From the NCBI GenBank assembly GCA_964019335.1, contig OZ025654.1, positions 124,001 to 188,000 on the forward strand: DNA of 64,000 bases, in the 5' to 3' direction. Positions 9,807-20,800 of the stretch are shown here, piece after piece. Position 1 is the first letter of the stretch; each line of letters opens with the position of its first letter. Source of the stretch: Diplonema japonicum. Lineage: Eukaryota; Protista; Euglenozoa: Diplonemea. The notes beneath the pieces were generated by a model. The model ran no database searches. It was not told the DNA's origin and was given only the letters and a program-made list of their open reading frames with translations. Both the position numbers and the translations under genes were made by a program.

Positions 9807-11539
9807 AAGTTTTTTTAAAAAAAAAAAAAGTGTGAGGTGGAGGGTTATCGTTGCCTTTTTCTTTCCCCCTTTTTTCTTTCCTTTTTTTTTTAAAAAAAAC
9901 CTATATTCCCCCCCCCCCCCTCGTCCATGAAGGGTTTAAAAAAAAAAAGAAAACTGAAAACAGATAAAGAAAAAAAAGAGCTTTTGGAGGAGTGGGGAAA
10001 CACAGCAACACAGAAAAAAAGAGAACCAGAAGAAACGAAAACATAAGAGATAAAAGAGGCCAGTATTGGCGCCCTAGATAGAAAAAAAAAAAAAGAAAAA
10101 AAAAAGAAACCAAAGGGGTGAAGGGGGGTGCTGTTCGGGATTTCACCGGAAGTGCAGCTTTATGAGGCTGACGTGGTAAGCTAACAACAATAGACTGTAG
10201 AAAACAATAGTGCTTGGTGATTCATTTATATCCTTGCCTAGAAGCGAAAGGGCTGTGGTGATACCCTGCAGCCAGAGAAAAAGTGAGGCGGGGGGGAACA
10301 ACAACAAAATAAAAAAACCTTAAACTTCCTTCCCACAGCTAATGGGAGCGAGACAAAAAAGAAAAAAAGAGAGAAGAAGACTGAGAGAAGGGTGAGGGAG
10401 GGGGGGGGGTGAAAAATAACAAAAAAAGAAGAAAATGCCACTCTGTTTTTTCCTTTTCCCGTCCGTCTTTTTCTCTATATTAAACAAATAGAGAAAAAAA
10501 AGGGAGGGGGAAGGAATAAAAAGTAAGTAAGTAACTAAGTAAAAAAAAGGGGGAGTTCGCTGAAGAAAATCGATTCTTTGGAGGGTTCAGGAAAAGCCGA
10601 TAAAGAAAAGGAAAAGAAAAAAAAAAGAAGAACAAAAATGCTGCAAAATGAAAAAAAAATACCCGGGGGTATTGACACGTCTCAGCATTTCCTGTCCACC
10701 CACGGTAACTCTTCGTTCTGAAATATGCAATCCTTATTCCACGAAAAGAGAGGGGAGAAGGGAAGGGAAAGAAGGGAGAGCATTGACACCACCCTCTTTT
10801 CCTTCGCTTTCCCTCCTTCTTTCTTTCTTTTTTTTTTTTTTTTTAAACTTCCCTTCTTTATCATCGATATGCAGCAGCTGAGCCACTGGTAATTGGAAGA
10901 AAAAAAAAGGGGGTTGTTGTTATTAAATTTTTTTCCCGCTGTTTTCTTTTTTTTTTTTTTTTTAATTGTTTACTGGTTCCACGTACGTTGCTTGAAAGGA
11001 GGCGAAGGGGGCGAAGGGGAAAAAAAAGAAATTCTGCCCAACCTTTTTTCTTTTCTCTTTTTCTTTCTTAGCGCCTGTGGTTCGGTACATTGCTGCCCAA
11101 AAAAACAAAGGGGAGCGCAGTAGTTGCAGTTAACAGAAAAGGGGTGTGTTTGAATCGGGAGGAGGGGGGGCTTCAACTGTTCATAAAAAGAAATTCATTT
11201 TCGTGTGCCGTTGGTACTTCTTCATTTTCACAATCAAATCTTACGTTTTTCTTTTTCTTTTTTTTTTTTTTGATTTATTTCTTCTTTTCTCGAGCCTTTC
11301 TGGTTTATCCGATTAATGCTGGCCCTTCCCTCCCTTTTGCTCGGTTCCACAAAGAAAAGACGAGAAAAAGAAAACCAAATAAGAAAACCCAAAAAAAAAG
11401 GGGGGTTTCAAAAAAAAAGAAATCCCCGCCCATTGCCTGTGGCAATGGACTAGAGGGGCGGGGGAGGGGGGTGAAATGACTTTAAATAGCGCGAATATAT
11501 ATTTCTTTTGCTCGGGGGGCAAAAAAAAAGAAATTCGAT

Positions 11540-11843
11540 AAAGTTATAAAGAAAAAAGTGTCTTTGTGACAGGATCGCTAACGACAATCAACTCATCTAG
11601 TGTTTGATCCCTTCTGTCGTGGTAGTGCCTTAGGCCCGTCGTGGTAGTGAGGATGTAATGAGTTAGTAACTGTTCCTCTAGGATAGTGGGGACCTTCGGG
11701 GATGCGAAGACCGGTCGAGTGGAGTAACCAGCGATGGATGGCTGTGGAGTCCTAGGGTACGCAAAGAGTGTACTGACTTCTTGGGTTCTGCTGGAATCAG
11801 GTCTGTCCAAAGCTCTTAGGATTCCGCCGATCTTTCTTGCCCT
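11540..11843 (-). mobile_element. 3' fragment of a divergent member of the same LINE group
   Basis: Peptide RTQEVSTL..IAGYSTRPVFASPK matches the element B C-terminus TRVHTL..VIGWNRRAIFASPK; shares terminal GTCTTTGTGA; AAAAAAGAAAT on both flanks is a possible TSD. Confidence 0.7.
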
Positions 11844-12038
11844 GAAAAAAGAAATGACAACAAAAAAAAAAAAAAAAAAAAAAGCTCATCAAATCATTAT
11901 TTTTTTCTCTCTCTTTTGCTCAATCAATTCCATTGTTGAGCAGAAAAGAAAAGAAAAAAAAAAAAAAAGGGAAATGAACAAAAAAAAAAAATATGAGTTA
12001 AAGGAAGTCTTTGTGAGACGCCCCCTTGTTCTCATCTT

Positions 12039-15000
12039 CTACCTGCACCTATCCCCTTTCAGCAGCGGGTTCTCCTCCTTTGGTGGTCTTGCCGGCCTTC
12101 TCCCCAGCCTGGCCGCTCTTTCTCTTCGTTCTCTCGCCCATTGTCCTTTCAATGCCTCTAGGTCATGCTTGGTCTTCGGTGATGCAAATATCGCCCTCCT
12201 GTTCCATCCGATCACCGCCTTTGTCCTCCCGATGGATCGTAGTGTGTGCACCCTTGTGCTCGGCTCAGCTGGGAAGGCCCTCCTTCCTTTCACCTTCTTC
12301 AGTACCCTCCCTAGCTCCCATGTGTGCCAGATCTTCTTCATCAGTCCATGCAATCTCCTCGCTTTCTGCTGTACTTCTGCGAGATCCCCCAGCTTCCCTC
12401 CAAGGGTCTTCCCGGTCACGTTCTCGAAATCCAGTGCCAGCTCCACCGTCGACACTGACGTGTTTCTGCTGCCTGCATACCAGCGCAGTTGCCGCATCCA
12501 CCTCAGCACCTCCTTCGTGTACTCCCGTAGGACATCCCCTGCCGGTAGCTTGCCGAAGTCCTTGTCCGACGGTACTGGGTGTTCTTGACCTTGTGTGATC
12601 TCCAGCCACTGGTGTGTGTGGTACACCTCCTGCCTCTTCGCTTGTAGGGCTGCGTCCCGCTCCCCCACCACCGCCAGCAGGTACCTCTGCGTTCCTTCGA
12701 GCCTTTCCCTGACATCCTTCCCTGCTCCCCTTGGCAGGATGCCATGCAGCTTCGTACACGGTTCCAGCCCCCTGCGCGTCATGCCTTCGTGTTCTTCCCG
12801 CTGTTGCACTTCCTTGGCCTTTTCGCACTCCCACAGTGCGTGCTCCAGCATGTTGGGCAGCTGTTGCTCCTGACCGCAGATGTCGCAGTGTGCCGTCGTG
12901 GGTTCGGCCTGCTTAGCTTCTTGCTTCCTCGCCTCCGCAATCAGCCACTTTTCGGTGTCCTGTCCTTCCTCTTCTTCTTCTTCTTGTTCATCTTCAGCCT
13001 CGTCTTCATCCTCGTCTTCTTCTCCTTCCGCCATCGGGATGTGCTCCACCGTGTCCGTGCGCCATCCCCGTGGGTTGATGTAGAACACTGCCCCCGAGAT
13101 GATCCTTCGCACGTCCCTTGCTGCAATCGGGTCCGTCACCACCAGCTTCCTCCACAGCGCGTTGGTCTCCGCTGCTGCCGCAGCTTCCATGCCCCCCATG
13201 GTGCTCCGTTTGCTCATGATTTCCTGTGCTTCCGCCCGCCTGAGTCGGTCCCTGATGTAGTGCTTGTAGGGCTCCTTTTCCAGTGCGTGGGTGTCCTTCA
13301 GCTGTGCCCAGCTTAACTTGATCTGAGGCAGCCACCTTTCCATCATGATGCCCACCGGTCCCACCGGTATCTTCTTCCCGCTGTACCGTTTGGCAATGGC
13401 GTCGCAGCGTGTCCACAGCTTGTCGTCCTTCTTGCAGGCTCTGTATAGGAGCATAAGTGCTCTGTATGCGGCTGTCATCTGTGGGTGGCTCGTGTGTCCC
13501 GGCAGTGTCACGGATAGTACTGTGCCTGGGTTCCTGGTGCAGTACTTCTGCCCCCAGAGCGCGTACGTGGTCTCCTTCACCAGCGTGGCCATTTGTCCCG
13601 TTTTCGGCGGTGAGAATGGGCAGTCGTAGAGGCAGCTCGGTAGGATCGTGCTGCTGATGATCTTCGCCTTCTGCTGAAAGGACAACGGCGTTGCTCCCAG
13701 CCTGCTCAGCGTCCCGAGTGCCTCCGCCGTCCTGTCGCCGTTGGTTTGCGGCCTGCCGTCTGTCCGCAGCTTGGCTCCCAGTACTCCTACAGTCCGTGTC
13801 GGCTGCAGTTCCTCGCCTTTCACCTTCACCTCCGGTGTCTTCCTGTTCACTGCAAAGGTCTTCGTCTTCCTGGTGTTGAGCTTCATCCCCACCTGTTTGC
13901 AGAAGGCTTCCACTGCGTCTACGCCTTCCTGCAACGCCGCACCGAGCCGTGCCAAGAGGTATGCATCGTCCGCGTAAGACAGCGAGCGGACCCCTGTGTC
14001 GTTCTCCACCTGCTTCATTAGTACCGCCAACAGCGCGTTGATGAGTACCACTGAAATCGGGCATCCCTGAAGGATTCCATTGGTTGTGTGGAACTCCTCC
14101 CCCACGCCTGCTGCGTACCTGAACCGTCTTCGCATGCCTGCGTACATTCCTTTCAGTGCCCTGAGGATGCCTGTGTCCATGCCCATGTCCTCCACCAGCT
14201 CCAGAACCAGCTGTTGCGGTACACTGTCAAAGCATTTCGCAAAGTCGAGTGCCACCCCGACTAGCGGTTTCCCCTCCAGAATGGATTCTTCGATGTCAAG
14301 GGCGAGGTCCAAAAGTGCGTCCTCTGTCCCGAAACCCGTGCGGAATCCGTATTGCTTGTCGTGTATCCATTTCTCCTGCCAGATGAGGATATCAGACAGT
14401 CGCGCGCATGCCCAGAGTCTGTACACCGCAGATGTGACTGTGATAGGCCTGTGCTCCAGTGGTCCCGCATCGTCGCACTTCGGTACGAGGGTAACCAGTG
14501 CCGTTTTCATGGCTTCCGGCCACCTCCCCGTTGCTTCGATCGCATGGAAGAGCATCGCCCAGGCGTCTAGTACTGACTCTGGTAGTTTCCGTAGCTCTAG
14601 CATCCTCCACCCGTCGATGCCTGCCGCGCTTTTCTTGCTTTTCTTTCTGAGCACTTCCCTCAGCCTTGCTCCCGTCAGTTGTGTCCTCTCCATCTCATGC
14701 CGTTGCACGAACTTGCTGTACTTTGCCTTGAAGGGGGCATAGAGGGGCTCCGGTCGGGACTCGTATTTCGCAAAGACGGTCTTCCACGCCTTGCGCATGA
14801 CGCTGTCGATCAGTCCGGGGGACGCAAAGAGCACCATCCCTTCCTTGACCGCCCTGGTTCCGTCGCTTTGACGTTTGCCTTTCGCGACTTTTACCAGTCT
14901 TGTTGTCTCGCGTCCTGCTGCAACCTCGGCCAGGTATTCTCGTCTCCGTGACGTGTTCGCCTCGGTCCTTTTCTTCCGTTCCTCAGCTGCAATTGCGTCT

Positions 15001-15125
15001 TCCATGTTCAGCGCTGCTGCCAGCATGTCCTCTATGAGAACAGCGTCGTGCGGCACCGGTTCAGCTGGTACTGCCAGAGCCTTTGCTTCCCTGTTCACGT
15101 TTCTTATCGTGTTCAGGGACCCTTG
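12039..15125 (-). CDS. Element B reverse transcriptase, zinc knuckle and C-terminal domain
   Basis: AAGIDGW, HRPITV, QYGFR, LDFAKCFDSV, GILQGCPIS, YADD, GMKLN; CDIC-x10-H-x4-C; ELALDFE. Separated from the APE part by a frameshift at ~15113-15128. Confidence 0.93.
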   Translation of the reverse strand, partial: QGSLNTIRNVNREAKALAVPAEPVPHDAVLIEDMLAAALNMEDAIAAEERKKRTEANTSRRREYLAEVAAGRETTRLVKVAKGKRQSDGTRAVKEGMVLFASPGLIDSVMRKAWKTVFAKYESRPEPLYAPFKAKYSKFVQRHEMERTQLTGARLREVLRKKSKKSAAGIDGWRMLELRKLPESVLDAWAMLFHAIEATGRWPEAMKTALVTLVPKCDDAGPLEHRPITVTSAVYRLWACARLSDILIWQEKWIHDKQYGFRTGFGTEDALLDLALDIEESILEGKPLVGVALDFAKCFDSVPQQLVLELVEDMGMDTGILRALKGMYAGMRRRFRYAAGVGEEFHTTNGILQGCPISVVLINALLAVLMKQVENDTGVRSLSYADDAYLLARLGAALQEGVDAVEAFCKQVGMKLNTRKTKTFAVNRKTPEVKVKGEELQPTRTVGVLGAKLRTDGRPQTNGDRTAEALGTLSRLGATPLSFQQKAKIISSTILPSCLYDCPFSPPKTGQMATLVKETTYALWGQKYCTRNPGTVLSVTLPGHTSHPQMTAAYRALMLLYRACKKDDKLWTRCDAIAKRYSGKKIPVGPVGIMMERWLPQIKLSWAQLKDTHALEKEPYKHYIRDRLRRAEAQEIMSKRSTMGGMEAAAAAETNALWRKLVVTDPIAARDVRRIISGAVFYINPRGWRTDTVEHIPMAEGEEDEDEDEAEDEQEEEEEEGQDTEKWLIAEARKQEAKQAEPTTAHCDICGQEQQLPNMLEHALWECEKAKEVQQREEHEGMTRRGLEPCTKLHGILPRGAGKDVRERLEGTQRYLLAVVGERDAALQAKRQEVYHTHQWLEITQGQEHPVPSDKDFGKLPAGDVLREYTKEVLRWMRQLRWYAGSRNTSVSTVELALDFENVTGKTLGGKLGDLAEVQQKARRLHGLMKKIWHTWELGRVLKKVKGRRAFPAEPSTRVHTLRSIGRTKAVIGWNRRAIFASPKTKHDLEALKGQWARERRERAARLGRRPARPPKEENPLLKGDRCR

Positions 15126-16330
15126 TCCTCAACTGCTTGCTCGAGCTGTTGTTGCAGTGTCCGCGTCTTGAGCTTCAGCTTTTCCAGTCGCGCTTGCCAT
15201 GTTGTAGCTGCACCCACCGTTCCCGTCGTCGTTGGTGCACACACTTCCTTCTCCTTTGTGCTGGTGTGTTTGCCTCTTCCGACGTACGCTGCCCTCCCCG
15301 GCGTCCCCACTGGTTGGTCTATGAGGAGGTCTTCGGTGCACCGGGAGAGGGTCTCGAAGGCTTTTGTTATATTTCCTTCGTGCAGGTACTGTCGGAATCC
15401 GGCTGCTTCCACTGCTTCGGCTCCTTGTTCTTCCGTTGGCTCATCTGCCGTCTCCAGACCCCTCGGCAGCATGTATCGTTGTACCGTCATCCTGAATCTG
15501 TCGAGCTCAAGTGCAACCGTCAGTGTCCGGTGATCCGTCCCCTTGATCGCTTGGTTCACTTGGCATCCGGTGATGGCCGGTACTGCCTCCGGACTTGCCA
15601 GTATCCTGTCGATCCGCGTGGCGCAGTTCTCCCGTACAAACGTTGGATCAGGTTGTTTCCCTCTCCATTTTGCGCATAGGTCCGCTGTGTCCGCCCATCC
15701 TGCCTGCAGTGCCTTCCGCAGTTCCGGGGATCTTGCCTCGTCGGTGTTGAAGTCGCCAACGACGAGTATTGGCACATTGCCGAGCTCCTTCGCCTTCTTC
15801 CGCAGGATGTAGTGGAGGAGGGTCTCCCTCTTTGCGGTCTCTTCACGTCCTGTTCCTGCCGGGCAGTATATCGATATGATATGTAGCCATCTGCGTTTGC
15901 CATCGATTGCGACCTGAGTGTGCAGCCACCTCCTGCGTTGTTCTTCAGATTGGTCGTTGGTGTCCAGAGAACCTGGCAATGCTGTCCTGGGTTCTCGGAT
16001 TAGGGTTGCCAGTCCTCCCCTCTGAGCTACCCAGTTCGAAGCGATTCCCTCCACCTTCCTTCCCGGCTGCGGCGGTCCCCACATCGGCTTCCACTTCTTC
16101 TTCGTCTTCTTCCCGAGCTCCCGCTCCATCTCCTGCTGCCCAGCTAAGGTCAGCGCCGTCTCCTGCGTGCAGATCACGTCGACGTCCAGCTTCGTCGTAA
16201 CCTCCTCTATTTGGTTGCGTAGGGAGGCCACGTTCACTGTCGACACGTACATGTTGGGCCCAGGGTTCGGATGTATCCCCTGCGCCGTGAGCCTCGCGAA
16301 GTCCTCTTCCTCCTCTGACCCCGGTTTCCG
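15113..16330 (-). CDS. Element B 2A-like motif plus APE endonuclease
   Basis: LTAQGIHPNPGP-NMYVSTVNV, CTQET, RGGLATL, SIY, GDFN, RIDRIL, TDH. The upstream part of the 822-aa ORF is only a shadow frame of ORF1. Confidence 0.9.
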   Translation of the reverse strand, partial: RKPGSEEEEDFARLTAQGIHPNPGPNMYVSTVNVASLRNQIEEVTTKLDVDVICTQETALTLAGQQEMERELGKKTKKKWKPMWGPPQPGRKVEGIASNWVAQRGGLATLIREPRTALPGSLDTNDQSEEQRRRWLHTQVAIDGKRRWLHIISIYCPAGTGREETAKRETLLHYILRKKAKELGNVPILVVGDFNTDEARSPELRKALQAGWADTADLCAKWRGKQPDPTFVRENCATRIDRILASPEAVPAITGCQVNQAIKGTDHRTLTVALELDRFRMTVQRYMLPRGLETADEPTEEQGAEAVEAAGFRQYLHEGNITKAFETLSRCTEDLLIDQPVGTPGRAAYVGRGKHTSTKEKEVCAPTTTGTVGAATTWQARLEKLKLKTRTLQQQLEQAVEDKGP

Positions 16331-17735
16331 CCTCCCCGTTTTCTGTTGGGGAGGTTTCCAATGCAGCTCACGCATTGTTCCTGCCTGCAGTTCTCCATGG
16401 CGCACACCCTCGCCCTCCTGCCTTTCAGCTGGCCATGACATGACCCGCATTGACCCTGTGAGGCTTGGTAGGTCGCTGACCAAGCATGGACATGCACCTT
16501 CTGCTTCTTCTTCTCCTTGCCTTGCAGCTTCCCTTCCGACGAGGTTGTTGGCTTCCTGTGGCCGGGGCTGCTGGGGTCGGGCTTCTTCGGCGACGGGGAG
16601 GGTGAGGGAGTCTGGCTCCTCTGTCGCTTCGGTGACGCTGCCTTGTTCGTGTTCGTGTTCGTGCTTGTCTTTTTCGGGGACACTGCACCTGCCGCCGCCG
16701 CCGTCGCAGGCTTCTTCTTCGCCGTCGGCGTCTCCGTGTTCTGTTCCGGAGTGCCGCTCCTCTGCCGCTTCGGGGATGCAGCGCTTGTCGTGGCTGCTGG
16801 GGTCGTCGCGGCCCTGTTCTCCATCGCCCTGCGTGCCACCTTCCTTAGCGCATCTTTGAGGCGGTCGACTTCGCTCTGCAACTTCGTGACGAGCATTTTG
16901 TATTGCTCTAGCTCTGTTGCGTTGATCGTGGTGTCCTTCTGTTGCTGTTGTTGTTGTTGTTGTTGTTCTTGCTTCTGCGGCTTCTTTGTCTTCTTCTTCT
17001 TCTGTTCTGTGGTCGTGTCCGCGGTCGCGTCCTTCTGCTCCCGTTCCTGCAGCTTCTCGGGGTCGGCGGCCGCCCAGTACTCCTCGCCCTTGTTCTTGCC
17101 GTAAAAACAGAGGAACTCGGGCTTGGAGTATCGTGTGTCGCAGTTTTCGTTGGGGTCCTTCCTCGTTTCCCCTTTCGCCACCACCATTTGCAGTGGTTGC
17201 TGCTTCCACGCCGCCGTCAGCGCCATCCGGTGCTCCCCCACCTGCACCTCGCCGAACGGGGGCTGCCCTGCCGACTGGACCACCGCCAGTTGCCGCCCCT
17301 TCTTCGGGATGACGCGAATGACCGTCGCGTCCTTCCACCCGTTGTTCCGTAGCAAGCCCTGCACCTGCTCGCCCGTGATCCCGCGTGGCACACTGTGGAG
17401 GTCGAACTTTCGTCCGGCCCCTGTTCCCACCAGCAAGCCGGCCTCCTGTGCTTTGTGTCTGGCGTCGTCGCTGTCCAGGTTCCCGTCTTGCACCAAACCG
17501 AGACCCCTCCCGTTGCTTGTGAGGGTGGCCGTAGGTCCTCCGATCCCCCGCGCCGCCGCCACGTCCCACGTCCTCAGCCATAGTGGTGGCTGCTTCTCTC
17601 GCTTCCTCCTGCGGTCCTCTACGAACAAGCCCCCCGCACCAGCCTGCTTCGCCTTCCCTTCTTCGTTGGCCGCCACGTAGACCAGGAGGTCCAGCTTGGT
17701 CAGCTGTCCCTCCAGGCCTCGCCTCTTGGCTCTGT
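16234..17735 (-). CDS. Element B ORF1 (gag-like, coiled coil, basic low-complexity linker, Cys/His Zn finger), 5'-truncated
   Basis: Homologous to element A ORF1; no credible initiator; sequence beyond 17735 is an A-tract. Confidence 0.75.
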
Positions 17736-17838
17736 GAAAAAAAGAAAAAAAAACAAAAAAAAAAAAAACTGATTCATGATGGGGGGAGGGGAAGGGGGAA
17801 CCGAAAATCAAACTTTTTCTTTCCTTCTTTTTAAAGAA

Positions 17839-20800
17839 TCAGATCTTAATAGTATTGCTAAGGGGGTTGCTTTTAACACTCTGGGGTGCCTTTGAGACCC
17901 TCCTGTTGCTCCTTAAATTTGTGGAGGTAGATGCCAGTGACGCCGATGACGGCATCCGACCAGCAGCTACACCATCCATCGAAGTCAGGCTATTCACTGA
18001 GTGCGCAGCCGTGAGCCGAGGAGACACCCTGGGGGACAGCCTAGGAGACAAGCTAGGAGACAGTTTCAAGAAGGAAGGCTCACTACCCATCATTCTCGGA
18101 GAGCCCCCCTTCATGATCAACGGTGAATCAATATTAGACTGTGTGCCATCAAACGCTTCATAAAGCGTAAGAGGTTCCGGACGAGCACTCCCCTCCCCCT
18201 CTTTCCAAAACTCCTCTTGCAATTTCGATCGCCTACCCTTAACCAAAATATAAATTTCACACCCGATATCAATAACAGCATGGACCATCAAAACCACCAT
18301 CGCCATCAAGAAGAAAACGCCAGCTACTCCGAACCGACTGCTCCAAGGGTCCTCGGAATAATATCCAAGGCTTTGAAACAAGAGCCCCATCGCCGTTGCG
18401 CAGTTGAAAAAAATGTAAAGGAGCATGTCTCTCGGTTTCTCATAAGGCTTCGTCAGCCCGTCTGCCAAGGCGATCGACAGAAACACAATTGTTAGCCCAA
18501 GCTTCACATTCCCACACTCTTTCATTGTAGATACCGACGGTACGTTAAGTGCCGACACCGTGAACTGCATCAGGAAGGTGAACCCGACAAACCAACAGCA
18601 CCTCTCCCTGTAAGGTTTGACCATGCTCGTGAAGCGGTTGTACCACAGGTCTTCCTTCCTTCGCGAGATCCACTCGCCTTTTCCTATCATGAACTCTCTC
18701 AGTCCAGCGCAGCCTTTCTCCTCCTCGTATAACGCTTTTTTCGGGACGTCTCTTCTTACAACATACCCCACCCAGCATGGTACAAGGATGCACCCCATCG
18801 TGCAGATCAGACCAACCACCACAGTGGGCGCCGTCCCCCATTCCCTCGACCCGTCCGTCCCAGGGTAGAACAGGATCTTCAAAGAGGCGAAGGTGGTTCC
18901 TTGATACAGCAGCAGGAAGATGAACAGGGAGACAGACGGGAACCGCGTCACCCCCATCGCCGAGAGGAGGGAGGTCATCGGGAGCAGCGACGGTGCCATC
19001 TTCAACACGAGCCACACAACCAGGTAGGTCGCGAGGGCAGCTGCCCCGGCGATCAGCGTGTTCCCCAACACTGCTCCGAGGTACATCGAGCCTGCCACCG
19101 TCATCCCTGTCGGGTGCAGCATGAAGGGCAGGTCTTGCTTCCCTGAGCATGAGTCGGACATCACAAGCGACAATGTGGTCATCGCAGCACCTGATGCCGG
19201 GCCAGCGATCACCGCAAGACCCCCTGCCACAATAGTGCCGCCTCCACCTGGCGTGACGGCCTCGTCCGACACCACATGGACTGAGCACTCTGATGTGATG
19301 TTCATCACCTTCACCTCTACTTTGATGTCAGCCGAGCCTAGGCCCTTCCACTTGCCCTTCCCCACCACGTTTATCACTTTCTCTGACACAGGCTGCCCAC
19401 CCCACGTCATCTTGCTTAGCTTGTCGCTGTTCTCCACCACCTGCACCCCCATGTCTGAGGGTGCGATGCTCCACGTGGCTGTGATCTGCACGACGACCCC
19501 TTCAAGCAGGTGCTTCGCCTTGATGCTGGTGGGGCATTCTGCCTGTACGTCCAAGATCTGTTGTGTTGCTGTCACGTTCTGAGGCGCCTCTGTTGGCTGC
19601 AGTGTAGTTTTTGGGGCCTGAGTGGCGGGGGCGGATGTTGTAGGGGCCCACGTCGACCCAACGGGCAGGGCTGTTGGTGTAGAGGTAGGGGTTGCTGTCG
19701 CGGGACTCAGCGTTGCAGGCGTCAGTGTGCCGGGTGCCGAAGTAGCCAGTGCAATGGGACTTACTGTTGGAATAGCTGTTGCTGGTGCCGTGGTCGTCGG
19801 AATTAGTGACAATGGCGATGGGGTGTCAGGTGCCGAGGTTACTGGTAGGGGCGTGTCGGGTGCCGGAGTAACCGGTGCAGGAGTTGGCGGGACAGCCGAC
19901 ACAGGTGTGCCAGGGGCCACGGTATCTGGAGCAGGCGTGTCAGGAGCTGCTGTTTTGGGCGCTGGAGTAGCTGGTGCTGTTGTGGGGTTTGCTGTTGGAG
20001 TGGCTGTTGCTGGTGCAAGAGTTGGCGGGACTGGGGACAGTGGAGTCGGCGTGTCAGGAGCTGGAGTAGTAGGGACAGGCACAGGCGTGTCAGGAGCTGC
20101 TGTTTTGGGTGCTGGAGTAGCAGGTGCTGTTGTGGGGTTTGCTGTTGGAACAGCTGTTGCTGGTGCAGGAGTTGGCGGGACTGGGGACAATGGAGTCGGC
20201 GTGTCAGGAGCTGGGGTTGCAGGGAAAGGTGTCACAGGCACAGGCGTGTAGGGAGCTGTTGTATCTGGGGCAAGCGTGTCAGGTGCAAGCGTATCGGGCG
20301 CTGGAGTAGCTGGTGCTGTTGTGGGGGTCGCAGTTGGAACTGCTGTTGCTGGTGCAAGAGTGTCCGGGAAAGGTGACAGAGGTGAAGGTGTGTCAGGAGC
20401 TGATGTATCTGGAGCAGGCGTGTCAGGAGCTGCTGTTTTGGGTGCTGGAGTAGCAGGTGCTGTTGTGGGGTTTGCTGTTGGAACAGCTGTTGCTGGTGCA
20501 GGAGTTGGCGGAACTGGGGACAATGGAGTCGGCGTGTCAGGAGCTGGGGTTGCAGGGAAAGGTGTCACAGGCACAGGCGTGTTGGGAGCTGTTGTATCTG
20601 GGGCAGGCGTGTCAGGTGCAAGCGTATCGGGCGCTGGAGTAGCTGGTGCTGTTGTAGGGGTCGCAGTTGGAACTGCTGTTGCTGGTGCAAGAGTGTCCGG
20701 GAAAGGTGACAAAGGTGAAGGTGTATCTGGAGCAGAAGTATCTGGTGCAGGAGTCTTAGGCGCAGGAGTGTTTGGCGCAGGGGTGTCTGGAGCCGGAGTA

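Larger units (their letters stand above)
11993..17735 (-). mobile_element. APE-type non-LTR retrotransposon, element B (~5.7 kb, slightly 5'-truncated, intact 3' end)
   Basis: ORF1, 2A-like GIHPNPGP, APE, RT and CCHC knuckle in order; bounded by A-tracts on + strand. Confidence 0.95.

Noticed and set aside
9200-11540. Many short F/K-rich ORFs in spacers throughout the window
   Set aside because: Translations of poly-A, poly-T and poly-G tracts.
15100-15130. Frameshift between APE and RT in element B as programmed recoding
   Set aside because: Element A reads straight through this point (GPLPVEVRNTLRNI versus GP/LNTIRNV), indicating a small deletion in B.
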